Made by a program: the position numbers and the translations under genes. Below the pieces are notes generated by a model. That model did not search any database. It saw nothing but the letters and a program-made list of their open reading frames with translations, and was not told the origin of the DNA. A stretch of 44,583 bases of DNA, taken from a virus (lineage: Duplodnaviria > Caudoviricetes). This document shows positions 26,918 to 37,714 of this stretch, piece after piece (position 1 is the stretch's first letter; every line of letters begins with the position of its first letter). Location of the stretch: positions 1 to 44,583 of IMG/VR virus record IMGVR_UViG_3300010371_000017; one strand, given 5' to 3'.

Positions 26918-27358
26918 ATGGGTAACGTGGGAACAGAAGGCACAAAGGTTAATGCAGGTAAGTATGAGATATTCGTAGCCTCAGTATCCAATGAGTGGTT
27001 ATTCCTACAAGACGCTAATTTGATTCTATCACATCCTGAAGTAATTGAACCATATACCAATAACTCAGTTTCTGCTTATTCTGGAAACCCAAGAAATAGA
27101 TTGACTGGAACTATACTCTATACAAGTGATATGTGGTCAGCAAGTGTTATTGGATGGACTGCACTTACAACTAGAACCAATGGTGAATTTCCTCTTTTTA
27201 CATTAATTGTTCGTGAGACTGATAAATCAGGTGCTACAAACACTCTAACTTTTACAAGTGGTGCTAAAGTTGAATCTCTTTCAATAGCAAAGAGTTCTGA
27301 AGGTGCAGTAAAAGTTAGCATAAATTTCGTAATAACAGTAGATCCAACAGTAACATAG
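26918..27358 (+). CDS. Putative major tail tube protein
   Basis: 146 aa, Thr/Ser-rich beta pattern; strong TATAAATA promoter; in tail module. Confidence 0.6.
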   Translation: MGNVGTEGTKVNAGKYEIFVASVSNEWLFLQDANLILSHPEVIEPYTNNSVSAYSGNPRNRLTGTILYTSDMWSASVIGWTALTTRTNGEFPLFTLIVRETDKSGATNTLTFTSGAKVESLSIAKSSEGAVKVSINFVITVDPTVT

Positions 27359-27368
27359 GTGTAATAGC

Positions 27369-27860
27369 ATGAGTGCTATAACTGACTTGGATGTAGCCAG
27401 ATTAAGACTTGGAGATTTGGAATTTAGAATTAATAATTACATTGAAGATAATATAGAACAATGGGCAGAGGATGAAATATTAGAACTGGCCCAAAAGAAG
27501 GCTTATGCTAGAGGTCTATCAGATGAGGCAATAGGTTCTATTTACATAGCCAGGAATGGGCCAACAACTATTGCTTTACGTTGGGATTATAGAGGGCCCA
27601 ATGGAGAACCAATATCAAAATTCTTAGAAGATGGAACCATAGCACATTTTATTTATCCAAAAGGCAAAGAGTTTGGTGGTGCAGACGCTTTATCATGGCT
27701 TGATAAAAACGGTAAACGAGTATTCAGAAGAAAGGTAAGACACCCAGGAACAAAACCCATGTTTATCTGCAGAGACGCATGGATTGAAGGTAAACCTAGA
27801 CTCTCAAAACGTATTAAGAGGGAAGTTGAAAGGTATTTAAAGGCTAATAGAGTTGGTTGA
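27369..27860 (+). CDS. HK97 gp10-like neck/tail completion protein
   Basis: FLEDGT..H.I.PK...AL.W......F...V.HPGTKP..I. Confidence 0.7.
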   Translation: MSAITDLDVARLRLGDLEFRINNYIEDNIEQWAEDEILELAQKKAYARGLSDEAIGSIYIARNGPTTIALRWDYRGPNGEPISKFLEDGTIAHFIYPKGKEFGGADALSWLDKNGKRVFRRKVRHPGTKPMFICRDAWIEGKPRLSKRIKREVERYLKANRVG

Positions 27861-28563
27861 AAAAGATGTAATAGAGTATGAGATTGAAATCAGTACTAGA
27901 TCCTCAGATGAAATTAAAAGGTTAATTTCTGAAATCAATGAGGCTGACAAAAAGGCAACTAATCTAAAATCTCGTAAACTACAATTTGAATCACAGGGAG
28001 CCCCAATACAAACTGAATCAGGAGCCCCAAAATTTGGTATATTTGCAGGAGAGATGGAAGATTTTGCATTTCCTGACAAATCCAGGGATAGAACGTCAAA
28101 ACAGCCATTCCATAGGCCATCAAGTTTCAAGGAACTACAGAAAAGAGTAGAAGAAAGTGAAGAAAAACAAAACTCTATAGTTCAAACGGTACAAAATTCT
28201 GGCTTACTTGCCATACTTACAGGTAATGGTGATTCATTAATTAACAAGTTTTTACATAAGATTGGCCCAATAGCAGGGCCTGTATTCATAGCAATAGGAA
28301 TAATAGATTTTTGGTTCGATTATATGTTCAAGGCAGGTGGCCCATTTGATAGAAGATACAAACGCAATCTAATTACTGAAATTGCCAAGTCTACAGATAG
28401 ACAATTAAAGGGATTATTGAGACAAGGATACGCAGAAGTTAGAGTTACTTCTATTCCAAACCTGAGAAACGGTAGAGGCTTGGTTCAGACCAATCTTAAC
28501 CTAGTTTCAAAGGCTCAAATACAGAATCAGGACATAGAATTATTAGGAAAGGGTATGATATAA
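27853..28563 (+). CDS. Putative short tape-measure protein
   Basis: Position between tube/neck and hub genes; helical, with a hydrophobic GPIAGPVFIAIGII segment. Confidence 0.4.
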   Translation: MVEKDVIEYEIEISTRSSDEIKRLISEINEADKKATNLKSRKLQFESQGAPIQTESGAPKFGIFAGEMEDFAFPDKSRDRTSKQPFHRPSSFKELQKRVEESEEKQNSIVQTVQNSGLLAILTGNGDSLINKFLHKIGPIAGPVFIAIGIIDFWFDYMFKAGGPFDRRYKRNLITEIAKSTDRQLKGLLRQGYAEVRVTSIPNLRNGRGLVQTNLNLVSKAQIQNQDIELLGKGMI

Positions 28564-28564
28564 C

Positions 28565-29083
28565 ATGGCAGGAAACTCAGCAATTTGGAGAGCAACTACA
28601 GAAAATGGCAGTCACCAAGGGCCAGAAGGTACAGATAAAATAGAGTTCAATGGTGGAGTTTTACCTGATAATAGAGGTCATGTTAGGTCTTCATTTGCAG
28701 ATATAGATAGAGCAATAGCAGAAAATGACAAACCATTCCAACCATTCAATGAATTACAGGATACTAAACTATCCAGAATATCTTTTACAATAATTGGTGT
28801 TATAGACAATCCCTCAGTAAACAACATAGCAAAAACCTTCAAGATTTGGCAGATTGAAGATGGTACAAATACAGTTTTTACAAAGGGTAGATTTGGATTA
28901 AGAATTGATGATTTTCCATCTTTTAACTTGACTCCAACTAGTATTGGTGGTGGTACTCCAAGAGGTTATCTGATAGGTAATGTACACTTGGAGAAAGATC
29001 CAGACTTGAATAGATTATCATTCTCCTGTCAGTTGAGATTTAATGGTGATAAAGGAAATCCAGCAACAGGGTATGATTGGTAA
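28565..29083 (+). CDS. Putative distal tail protein
   Basis: Position and size only. Confidence 0.45.
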   Translation: MAGNSAIWRATTENGSHQGPEGTDKIEFNGGVLPDNRGHVRSSFADIDRAIAENDKPFQPFNELQDTKLSRISFTIIGVIDNPSVNNIAKTFKIWQIEDGTNTVFTKGRFGLRIDDFPSFNLTPTSIGGGTPRGYLIGNVHLEKDPDLNRLSFSCQLRFNGDKGNPATGYDW

Positions 29084-31725
29084 TGGTATCATTTACAGTA
29101 AAACATTATGGATTGGTGTCAGGTGTAACAACTGACATTACAAATGATATTGTAGCACTACCATTATTCACTGATACAGGTTCTGGAGAGGTAAATACTG
29201 CAATCATAACACTTTCGGGAGACGCAGGAAAGTATGTAGTAACATCCCCAATCATTGATCAATTTGACCAAATCTGGATACAGGCAACAGATGATTCAGG
29301 TAATAATTTTGGCCGTACAGGTGGTGGAGTTGTATATGAAGTTAGAAAGATAATCCCACAAGAGACAAAAGATGGTGGAAACAAACTAGAGTTACAATGT
29401 GCTGGTATTGAGGCAAACCTTCAGGTAATGGATTATGCCACTCCTTGGTGGTTCACTGATTCCTTTACTGTAGGCAAAGATATTGGTGTATTTTATAATG
29501 CAGTAAAAGGTTCAAACCAACCACTATTACTAAGCCATGATGATCCAGCATTTAACAAACTACCAAACTGGACTACAAACATCTATGATTTTGGACTCAA
29601 TGAAGATAAATGCTATAACAGATTGATGGAAGTGGTAGACAAACTAGGTTCTAGTGTAGACGCAGGTGGAGCATTGGACTTTTATGATGTTGGTTTTACT
29701 ACAGCCCTCAATACAATGCAGATTAACATATTCTCTAGTGGTTCAAATCCACCAAGCCCAATTACAATCTCAGGCCCAACAAACGCAGTAAACTTGGGTG
29801 AGTCAAAAGGTGGAATAGACTCTCAACAAGGCAGTTTGATTTGTTCTTGGGGTGCAAATGGACTAGGTAGTTTACCAACATCATATTCTAAATTTGCAAG
29901 TAAGGAGTATTTCTATCCACTATACAAACAATGGGATAACTCTGTAACATATCCAGTAGGTGCTAGGATACAATACAAAGGATTACTCTATCAAGCACTA
30001 GCCCAAAATAATAACGTACAACCTGATACACATCCTGGAACTTGGTTGCCAAGTTCCAGGGCTACAGAGTATGGTAATCAGATAGCATATTCTCCTTGGA
30101 CTACCGCAGGTGTTAGTTATTGGAGAAATTCAGGTTCTAATCTCTCAAATCAAGGTAATTCAAACACAGAACCATTTGGTTTTAGTATGTGGGATGGAAA
30201 CTTGATTCTAAATAATGATGTATCAGTTTTCAGATTCCCAGTAGATGTAATTTCAACTAGTGCAGACTTGGTAAAAGGTAATGCGATTTACAAACTATTC
30301 TTGTATTCAAATACAAACTTTTACAGAGGATTTAGAGTACTCTGTCTAGGAAATCCAACCATACAGGTAGATGGTACTTATTTTGGATACTCTTCAGGTT
30401 CTGCCAGTACTGCAAAAGATGTAAATGGAAATCTAATCAAAAACAGTATTTTACAATATGATGGTAAACAATGGGTGGTACTATATACTGCTCAAACTAA
30501 CCTCATGTGTTCTGTAATCTATGAGGGATTGGTATACCAATATGATACTACAATTCCTGGAGCCTGGGGTGCTATAGGTGGATTTGACCAAGGTAATGAC
30601 TGCTTCCATCCATATAGTAGTATAACACAGGTAGCAGGAGTTGAAACTGATCCAACATTCATACTAAACAATAATACCGCAGTTCAGGTAAAGTATACTT
30701 GGACTGCTACAAACATTCCAGTCATACCTTCCAAGAATATAGCAAATTACTATTCCTTTGGAGCATGGTTAAACTTTAGATTCCCATTCCCACATAATAA
30801 CGTAAATCCAACTGGACTAAATGTTGGTTTATTGTATGGTGGTTCAATCAATACTGGACAGGAACCTGCAACATTGGATTCTCAAAACATGCATTACACA
30901 CATGATGGACTTAGGGGATTCAATAACTTTTCAGCAGAAGATTTTGGTCAGTTAGCCTCACTAAACTTTGATATGAAGTTAGAATACCAAGACTTTCTTA
31001 CAGGATTGAACATAGTAGGCGAGGCCAACTTCAAAATGAGATGTTTCATAATTGATACTGAGGATAACGTAGTATACCAAGACTTTGTTATTCCATTCAA
31101 TGGTAATTTTGAGGCAGTAGAACTACCATTATCTGGATTTGCAATTTATCGTGGATTACAGCCTTTATGGGGCCCATTAGATGTAATCATACCACCTGCT
31201 CAAGTAAGTGCTACAAATGTATTCAACTGGAGAAATATCAAAAATATCTGTATACAGACTCAAGAATCTTATGATGATAGTGGTAGATACAATCCAGAGA
31301 CTTCAAGATGGAATAGAGTAACACTAGCAGGATTCTCAAGACAGATTAAACTCACAATAGATTCATTTAGATTTGCAAAACCATTACTAGCGATAACAGC
31401 CCCAGTAGGAGATAGATTAATTCAGCCAGACTTTTTACAGAGACCATCCATACTATTCTATGATCAATTACTATCTGACGCAAAGGCAGAACTTGAAAAA
31501 TCTAAATTCAGGCATAAGGAATATGATGTGACAACAACTATGGCTTTTGACATAAACTTTGGTGATTCTTTCTATCTTAACAATCCTAGAATAATCTCAG
31601 ACAGTGATAATGGAGCAAATACCATCAAACTAGTGGCCAAGAAAATAGAATACAGTATTACAAAGGCTGAAAATGGCCAGGGTGGAGCATTGAGGACTAT
31701 TGTCGGCATAAAGAGGTTTTCCTAG
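29077..31725 (+). CDS. Baseplate hub/tail-tip protein with inserted CBM5/12-like module
   Basis: 882 aa; WDNSVTYPVGARIQYKGLLYQA...P...PGTW is a ChtBD3/CBM5-12-type motif; hub-like N- and C-termini. Confidence 0.65.
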   Translation: MVMVSFTVKHYGLVSGVTTDITNDIVALPLFTDTGSGEVNTAIITLSGDAGKYVVTSPIIDQFDQIWIQATDDSGNNFGRTGGGVVYEVRKIIPQETKDGGNKLELQCAGIEANLQVMDYATPWWFTDSFTVGKDIGVFYNAVKGSNQPLLLSHDDPAFNKLPNWTTNIYDFGLNEDKCYNRLMEVVDKLGSSVDAGGALDFYDVGFTTALNTMQINIFSSGSNPPSPITISGPTNAVNLGESKGGIDSQQGSLICSWGANGLGSLPTSYSKFASKEYFYPLYKQWDNSVTYPVGARIQYKGLLYQALAQNNNVQPDTHPGTWLPSSRATEYGNQIAYSPWTTAGVSYWRNSGSNLSNQGNSNTEPFGFSMWDGNLILNNDVSVFRFPVDVISTSADLVKGNAIYKLFLYSNTNFYRGFRVLCLGNPTIQVDGTYFGYSSGSASTAKDVNGNLIKNSILQYDGKQWVVLYTAQTNLMCSVIYEGLVYQYDTTIPGAWGAIGGFDQGNDCFHPYSSITQVAGVETDPTFILNNNTAVQVKYTWTATNIPVIPSKNIANYYSFGAWLNFRFPFPHNNVNPTGLNVGLLYGGSINTGQEPATLDSQNMHYTHDGLRGFNNFSAEDFGQLASLNFDMKLEYQDFLTGLNIVGEANFKMRCFIIDTEDNVVYQDFVIPFNGNFEAVELPLSGFAIYRGLQPLWGPLDVIIPPAQVSATNVFNWRNIKNICIQTQESYDDSGRYNPETSRWNRVTLAGFSRQIKLTIDSFRFAKPLLAITAPVGDRLIQPDFLQRPSILFYDQLLSDAKAELEKSKFRHKEYDVTTTMAFDINFGDSFYLNNPRIISDSDNGANTIKLVAKKIEYSITKAENGQGGALRTIVGIKRFS

Positions 31726-32706
31726 ATGGGTAAAGCGTCATTCCAGAAGACAGTAATTGACATAACTAAAAAACATGGAATAAACGATAAAGTACTTTTT
31801 GGAGTAAACAGACAACAAGCCTCTGGAGTATCTTCAACTAGTTCTATAGGTACAGGTGGTGGATCTAGTGTTGCTCCAGTTACTGGATTCTTGAAAGTAT
31901 CAGGTGGTTCAATGCTTGGCCCTATTGCTTATTATCCTGCTACAAAGGCATTATCAGCCAGTACAATAGATATATCATCAACAGGTGCTTATTCCAGTAC
32001 CGTATACCTGATAGTTTCTGCAGATGGAAATTTAGATACAATATCAGGTGCAGTAAACGCAGGTCAAAGATTGACTCTATACAACGGTTCAGTTCATACA
32101 GTTACAATTAGAGATTCTACAGTATCTGGAAGTAACATAACAGTACTTCCTTACGGTACATCATATTCTCTAGGCCCACTTGGAAAGATTGATTTATTCT
32201 TTGACGCAGGTTTACAAAAATGGAACGTATTAGCAACTGTTCAACCTGCTTCTAGTGGTGCAAATACATCTCTATCTAACCTTGCAAATCCTACCTCAGT
32301 TAGTCAGAGCCTAATACCACAAAATAATCGTACACAAAATCTAGGAACTAGTGCCAAGGTGTGGCAGGTATTGTATATTGATACTGTTCAAATTGAAGAT
32401 AGTACTGATCCAAGTAACAAATTTACTACTATAGGATATAATACAGTTACACATTATTTAGAATATGGTCAAAATATTCCAGGAATTACAGCAGGTCAGA
32501 TATTCGTTTACAACACTCTAGGTATTTTTGCTCCATGTGAAGGAGATAATACATTTAGTGATGTGGCCTATGTTGGATTCTATCAAAATCATAATTACAC
32601 AAGTGCAAGTACAGGTACTGCCTCTGCGTTACCTGCAAAACCACAAGGATATGTAATTGTTAGAGTAAATGGTGTTAGAGTAAAACTACCATACTATAAC
32701 ATATAG
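31726..32706 (+). CDS. Tail fibre/spike protein
   Basis: Gly/Ser/Thr-rich; GANTSLSNL, NLGTSAKVW and terminal KLPYY patterns. Confidence 0.65.
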   Translation: MGKASFQKTVIDITKKHGINDKVLFGVNRQQASGVSSTSSIGTGGGSSVAPVTGFLKVSGGSMLGPIAYYPATKALSASTIDISSTGAYSSTVYLIVSADGNLDTISGAVNAGQRLTLYNGSVHTVTIRDSTVSGSNITVLPYGTSYSLGPLGKIDLFFDAGLQKWNVLATVQPASSGANTSLSNLANPTSVSQSLIPQNNRTQNLGTSAKVWQVLYIDTVQIEDSTDPSNKFTTIGYNTVTHYLEYGQNIPGITAGQIFVYNTLGIFAPCEGDNTFSDVAYVGFYQNHNYTSASTGTASALPAKPQGYVIVRVNGVRVKLPYYNI

Positions 32707-32736
32707 TTTTTATAGGTCATAATACACAGAAAATCA

Positions 32737-32940
32737 ATGGATATTTCAAGTACTGAAATAGAAGAAAAAATTGCCTCTCTAACAATGGCACTCCATACAA
32801 TGGTTTTCAACAGTATTGGTCAGTTGATTAATGATAACAGAAGATTGATGGCTGAACTTGAAAATGCAAAAGTGGACATACAACAATTAAAGAAGCAATT
32901 AGACGCAAACAAACCTGAACCTGCACTAAGTCAGAAGTAA
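32737..32940 (+). CDS. Small coiled-coil protein (possible fibre chaperone)
   Basis: Heptads; follows the fibre gene. Confidence 0.55.
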   Translation: MDISSTEIEEKIASLTMALHTMVFNSIGQLINDNRRLMAELENAKVDIQQLKKQLDANKPEPALSQK

Positions 32941-32967
32941 GGTTTTTATTTATCCTTTTACTATAAC

Positions 32968-33471
32968 TTGCCAGATATGGCAGAAACTCAATGCCCAAAG
33001 TGTGGCATAAACGTAATTGAAAAACAGAAGAAAAATGGAGATGGAACCTTCAAGGTAAATCTGGATGGATCTTACCATGAAATTCCAGTGACACAGCCAG
33101 ATGGTAGTACCAAATGGTATCATGTTTCTTCAAAAGAACATGGAGAGTGGGCCAAGGCACATAATGGGCCTAGTGGATTTGTCCAACCACAATCAGTTCA
33201 AACAAATACTGCGAATGTGTCAAACTACATCCCACAAACAAATGAACTAGAGGCAGTACTTCCACCAAAAGAGGAAGACCAAGAAATAGATGAAGCAGAA
33301 AGAATTGTACTGAAGATATTTGTCAAGGCAAATCAAATGGTACGAAACATCTATCCAAACTTGAAAACTGACTCTAACACATTTGGACAAATTAGATCCA
33401 AGTTTGCAGACCAATTACTAGCCACATATAACAACGCAAAAATAGTAGCAGAATTAGACCACAACGTTTAA
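32968..33471 (+). CDS. Hypothetical protein with N-terminal CPKC motif
   Basis: First gene of the replication/recombination block. Confidence 0.6.
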   Translation: MPDMAETQCPKCGINVIEKQKKNGDGTFKVNLDGSYHEIPVTQPDGSTKWYHVSSKEHGEWAKAHNGPSGFVQPQSVQTNTANVSNYIPQTNELEAVLPPKEEDQEIDEAERIVLKIFVKANQMVRNIYPNLKTDSNTFGQIRSKFADQLLATYNNAKIVAELDHNV

Positions 33472-33499
33472 TACTCTACTCTTCCTTTTCTTTTTTAGA

Positions 33500-33685
33500 A
33501 TGACAAAATTGTTTGATATGAATACTAGAACCGAATTAGAAGTTTTAATAAAAGGTCTTGAATCTCTGCAATTAAATTCTTGGAGTAAATTAACACATGA
33601 TGAGCAAGACCATGTTAAATTATGCCTTGGTACACTTTATTGGCAATTAAAAACTAGGTATGGAGTAGATAAAATTGAAAACTAA
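33500..33685 (+). CDS. Hypothetical protein
   Basis: 61-aa ORF. Confidence 0.5.
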   Translation: MTKLFDMNTRTELEVLIKGLESLQLNSWSKLTHDEQDHVKLCLGTLYWQLKTRYGVDKIEN

Positions 33686-34748
33686 AGTAAAAAAAGAAAC
33701 TAAAGATTTTGACATAAACAATTTCACTGTAGAATCTCTCCCAGGTGTAGGCCCAGTCAAGGCCAAGCGTATGAAGGAGAATGGTGTTAGAACTCCCTGG
33801 GATATTGCAGTAATGGGTTCACTTGAATTATCAGTAGAGTGTAACATGGACAAGGATGAAGCAAAAGACCTAGTAAAGAAGGTTAGAGACAAACTGATTG
33901 AAGCAGGATTGATGATTAACAAGGATTCTGTAGAATCACTACGAAAACATATAGAAAAGAGATTCCATGTAGCCAGTGGATGTAAGGGCTTGGATGAAAT
34001 GATGAGGGGTGGATTGGAATCTCAAGCCTGTACTGAAATTTATGCTCCAGAAGGTGCAGGAAAGACACAATATGTAAACTCTATAGTTGTAAATTCAATA
34101 GCAAATGGTCAGGCAGTATACTATATTGGATGTGAAGGAACCATTGACTTGGAAAGATTGGATGAATTGGCCCAAGCCAGAGGACTTACACTAAACTATG
34201 ATTTATTGTTTTTAGATGAAGTAACAGACACTGATATGTTAGAAGAAGTTGTAGATCATGCAATAGGCAAGATACAGGGTAAGGATGTAAAACTCATAGT
34301 AGTTGATGGTGCAGTAGGCCTTTATCGTTTGGAGAATGATAGAGGTAGAGGTCAGTTGGCACAGAGACAGAATGACATAAAACCAATGATACGACATTTG
34401 AGAGGAATAGCAGATTATCTAAATATTGCAGTACTCTTTACAAACCAAGTCATGGATAACCCTGACTCTGGATTTGGTGGTGATCCAATCAAGGCTATAG
34501 GTGGACATGTAGTAGGTCACTATGTCAAATACATCATAAAATTCAACAAAGGTGGTAAGAACAAGAGGTCAGCAACTTTTGTCAAATCACATAAAGACGC
34601 ACTTCAGAACGTAGAGTTTTATCTCAACGCTTCAGGTGTATCAGATACTGATATTTTCGAGTTACCTTCTGAGGGTATGAAGGAAGTAGACAAGAAACTT
34701 GCTACTGATTCTGCTATGGTGGATAAAAGCCTACTACTTGAGACATGA
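33675..34748 (+). CDS. radA: RadA/Rad51-family recombinase
   Basis: N-terminal HhH (LPGVGP), Walker A APEGAGKT, Walker B LIVVD, GRGQLAQRQ, TNQV, IGGHVVGH. Confidence 0.93.
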   Translation: MKTKVKKETKDFDINNFTVESLPGVGPVKAKRMKENGVRTPWDIAVMGSLELSVECNMDKDEAKDLVKKVRDKLIEAGLMINKDSVESLRKHIEKRFHVASGCKGLDEMMRGGLESQACTEIYAPEGAGKTQYVNSIVVNSIANGQAVYYIGCEGTIDLERLDELAQARGLTLNYDLLFLDEVTDTDMLEEVVDHAIGKIQGKDVKLIVVDGAVGLYRLENDRGRGQLAQRQNDIKPMIRHLRGIADYLNIAVLFTNQVMDNPDSGFGGDPIKAIGGHVVGHYVKYIIKFNKGGKNKRSATFVKSHKDALQNVEFYLNASGVSDTDIFELPSEGMKEVDKKLATDSAMVDKSLLLET

Positions 34749-34902
34749 AATCATATAGAATCGGAAGACAAACCTTCCTAAACATTGGTGATTCACATAG
34801 ACTTAGAGATTATTTTGGATTTAAAACATATTCTAGTAGACGCAAATGGGTTCTAAGATTTTGGCCAATTTGTGTAGTGTCACATCCTTCGCTTAGAAAG
34901 AA

Positions 34903-35238
34903 ATGACAGATTTAAAAAACTATGCCAAAATAGGCATGAGAAAGGCAGGAAATACTCAATACAGACCTGAACAGTTCAAACTACAAAAATACTTGATGGA
35001 TACAAGTGTACCACATGATATTAGATTAGAATTTGTAATTGGTGCTAGAGGTAAAATCATAGCAATAGCAGATGTAATTGACATGACTACCAAGACAATC
35101 TACAGACTTAATGGTGGTTATCACAAATCCAAGAGACAGAGAATGAAAGATGAGGATCAAAAGGAGACTTTAGAAGAACTTGGATACACTGTAGAAGATA
35201 TTGAACAAGATTCTGAATGGGCCTGGTTGTGGGCTTGA
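34903..35238 (+). CDS. DUF559/Vsr-like PD-(D/E)xK endonuclease
   Basis: LEF......AD.......RLNGGYH....Q..KD.....L...GY.V. Confidence 0.65.
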   Translation: MTDLKNYAKIGMRKAGNTQYRPEQFKLQKYLMDTSVPHDIRLEFVIGARGKIIAIADVIDMTTKTIYRLNGGYHKSKRQRMKDEDQKETLEELGYTVEDIEQDSEWAWLWA

Positions 35239-35354
35239 AACATATTTGTTCTGAATGTAAAAGAGAGTATGACTGTGGTAATGGAGATACTTGTTCTCAG
35301 ATTGATTTTGAATGTGCAAAAAGATGTCAGAGATGTGATTATCTAAATCATTAA

Positions 35355-35445
35355 CTTTTACTTTTCACTTATTAAATTATTAGCATTACTCACAAACTTA
35401 TTAAGTTAATAACATAAAATCACTACTCTTATATTCTGGATGATT
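35355..35445. promoter_or_regulatory. AT-rich intergenic region with repeats; candidate origin or operator
   Basis: ACTTATTAA twice (35367-75, 35396-404); dyad TTATTAA-G-TTAATAA (35398-412); upstream of the RHH and MCM genes. Confidence 0.35.
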
Positions 35446-35459
35446 TCTATACAATCAGA

Positions 35460-35771
35460 ATGGCAAAAGTTTATTCCTTCTCAGTTCCAAACAATGAAAA
35501 AGTAGTAGATGATGTACTAAAAATCATAGGTAGAACTCCACTATCAGAAGTGGTTGTAGATTCATTAAAACTTTACAAAAACAAGGCCCTTTTAGGAGAA
35601 GAGTCATGTGTGGATAAAATCCCAAATTGGAAGATTTGGAAACAACTATCATTAACAATGAAGGATGAGCAGATAGATGAAGCAATAGGTAGACTAGAAC
35701 ACCTAATCAAAATATCCAAGGCAATAAAGAAATTCAACTCAGGTGTACTAAGAGCAGGAGTAGACTTTTGA
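35460..35771 (+). CDS. RHH-like DNA-binding protein
   Basis: KVYSFSVP strand followed by helices (LSEVVVDSL). Confidence 0.5.
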   Translation: MAKVYSFSVPNNEKVVDDVLKIIGRTPLSEVVVDSLKLYKNKALLGEESCVDKIPNWKIWKQLSLTMKDEQIDEAIGRLEHLIKISKAIKKFNSGVLRAGVDF

Positions 35772-37597
35772 GTATTCCTACAGTACTTTGTGATACCTGC
35801 AAAGTAAACCAGGCTCTAAAAGGTGTAAATGCTGAGACTGCAGAATGTGTTGAGTGCTACTGTAAAAGAAAAGTAGCAGATGGATCATACAAAATACCAA
35901 ATCTAAACGAAGAGAGACAAGTGACTTCAATCAGGTCACTATCTGCAGGTAGATGTGAGGGTAAAACAGTCAAATTTGACGCTTTAATATCAAGTACTGG
36001 AGAGTTCAAAACTGTAACCACTCAGGTAGATGGATATTGTTTCCAATGTCATAATGTACAAACAGTAGTAGGTAATGGATTTGAAAACCCAAAAATGCCA
36101 TACTGTAAAGAAGGTCATGGTAGATTAAAGGAACAGGAAGATACCGCAGTAACCCAGGATATGATGAGAATAGTCATAGAAGAGTTCCTAGAGGAATCAG
36201 AGAACAACTCCCCAATATTCTATGATGGGTTGGTATTTGGTAATGACATAAAAACAGTATTTGCAGGTCAAAGGAAGAGAATTACTGCAGTATACAAGTC
36301 AGTAAAATCAAAGGATGGTAAAACCAATGATGTAGTACTACTAGTTGATGAAATAGAAGACATTGGAGAGCCAGACTATGTTAAACTTACTCCAGAAGAG
36401 GCCCAAGTAATAAAAGACAGAATTTCAAAAGAAGGTTTGGATCCAGTAATAAACTCATTTGCTCCACACATATCAGGTAACTTGGATCAACTGAAAAAAT
36501 CATTCCTAGTAACTCTAGTGGGTGGTTCTGAAGGAGAAACTAGAAGAACAAATAGTCATTTATTCTTGGTAGGCAATCCTTCAGGTGGAAAATCAGAACT
36601 TGGAAAGGAAGCCATCAAATGTATCTCAAAAGCAAGTTATACAGTAGGTGTATCAACTAGTAAGGCAGGTCTAGGTTCTGGAATGGTGAAAATGCCAAAT
36701 GGAACTAGTGTAGTTAGAGCAGGGCCCCTGATTCTAAACTCAGGTGGATTGGTAGTGGTAGATGAATATGATAAAATGCACTCTGACGATAAGAAGGGAT
36801 TATTGGAATGTCAGGAACAGGAGACAGTAACAATTCTAAAGGCAGGAGTAGAAGACCATAGAACGGCCAAGACTGCTATCATAGCAATAGCCAACCCAAA
36901 ATTTGGTACTTGGGATTATACAGAAGGATTAATTGAGAATCTAAATGTTGATTCCTTCTCTCTGCAGAGATATGACCTGATTTGGAAACTTCCAGAACAC
37001 ACAGACATATCAAAACAGATTATGGCCCAAAAAATACTTGGATTAAACAGAACAGAAAAAATCAGACTCTTTCCAAATACACTAGAATTGAAAAAATATG
37101 TAAACTATGTAAAACAACTACACCCAAAAATCAGGGAATCAGCCAAGAAGATGATCATGCAATTCTATCTACAAATGAGTAGTGTAAAACACAAGAATAC
37201 ACTCCCAATGGAGCCAAGACAACTTGAGGGCCTAATCAGAGTAAGTACAGCAATAGCAAAAATGAAAATGAAGGATGAATGTGATGAAATAGACGTACAA
37301 GAAGCACTTGACTTGTATAAGGCCAGTTTAGAATCATTCCCTGGAATAGAGGTAAAAGGTGACATACAGGAGATGAAACTAGTAGAAGAGAAAATGACTA
37401 GGGAACAACTGATAGGCCACATAGTAAAAGAACTCTCAGATGAACATGGTCACTTTAGACACACTGAAGTTATCAAAAAGTGGGTAGACAAGGAACTATT
37501 CAAGGATGAAGAGACTGCTGAGAGATACTTTGACAAGCATGTAGGAGAAAAGTTCTTTAGGTGCGAGGATGGTAAGTACAGGAAGAGCCAGATATAA
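35768..37597 (+). CDS. mcm: MCM replicative helicase
   Basis: Zn finger, Walker A GNPSGGKS, STSKAGL, Walker B VVDEYDKM, EQETVTI.KAG, AIANP, QRYDL, PRQLEGLIR. Confidence 0.96.
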   Translation: MSIPTVLCDTCKVNQALKGVNAETAECVECYCKRKVADGSYKIPNLNEERQVTSIRSLSAGRCEGKTVKFDALISSTGEFKTVTTQVDGYCFQCHNVQTVVGNGFENPKMPYCKEGHGRLKEQEDTAVTQDMMRIVIEEFLEESENNSPIFYDGLVFGNDIKTVFAGQRKRITAVYKSVKSKDGKTNDVVLLVDEIEDIGEPDYVKLTPEEAQVIKDRISKEGLDPVINSFAPHISGNLDQLKKSFLVTLVGGSEGETRRTNSHLFLVGNPSGGKSELGKEAIKCISKASYTVGVSTSKAGLGSGMVKMPNGTSVVRAGPLILNSGGLVVVDEYDKMHSDDKKGLLECQEQETVTILKAGVEDHRTAKTAIIAIANPKFGTWDYTEGLIENLNVDSFSLQRYDLIWKLPEHTDISKQIMAQKILGLNRTEKIRLFPNTLELKKYVNYVKQLHPKIRESAKKMIMQFYLQMSSVKHKNTLPMEPRQLEGLIRVSTAIAKMKMKDECDEIDVQEALDLYKASLESFPGIEVKGDIQEMKLVEEKMTREQLIGHIVKELSDEHGHFRHTEVIKKWVDKELFKDEETAERYFDKHVGEKFFRCEDGKYRKSQI

Positions 37598-37714
37598 AAT
37601 GTGTCCAAAATGTGGTTCAGAAAATACAGAAGAGCATAAAGAGCAATATGGTTTATTCTTCTTTCATAATATAATAACATATTTTAAATGTAATGAGTGT
37701 GGATGTAAGTTCTA

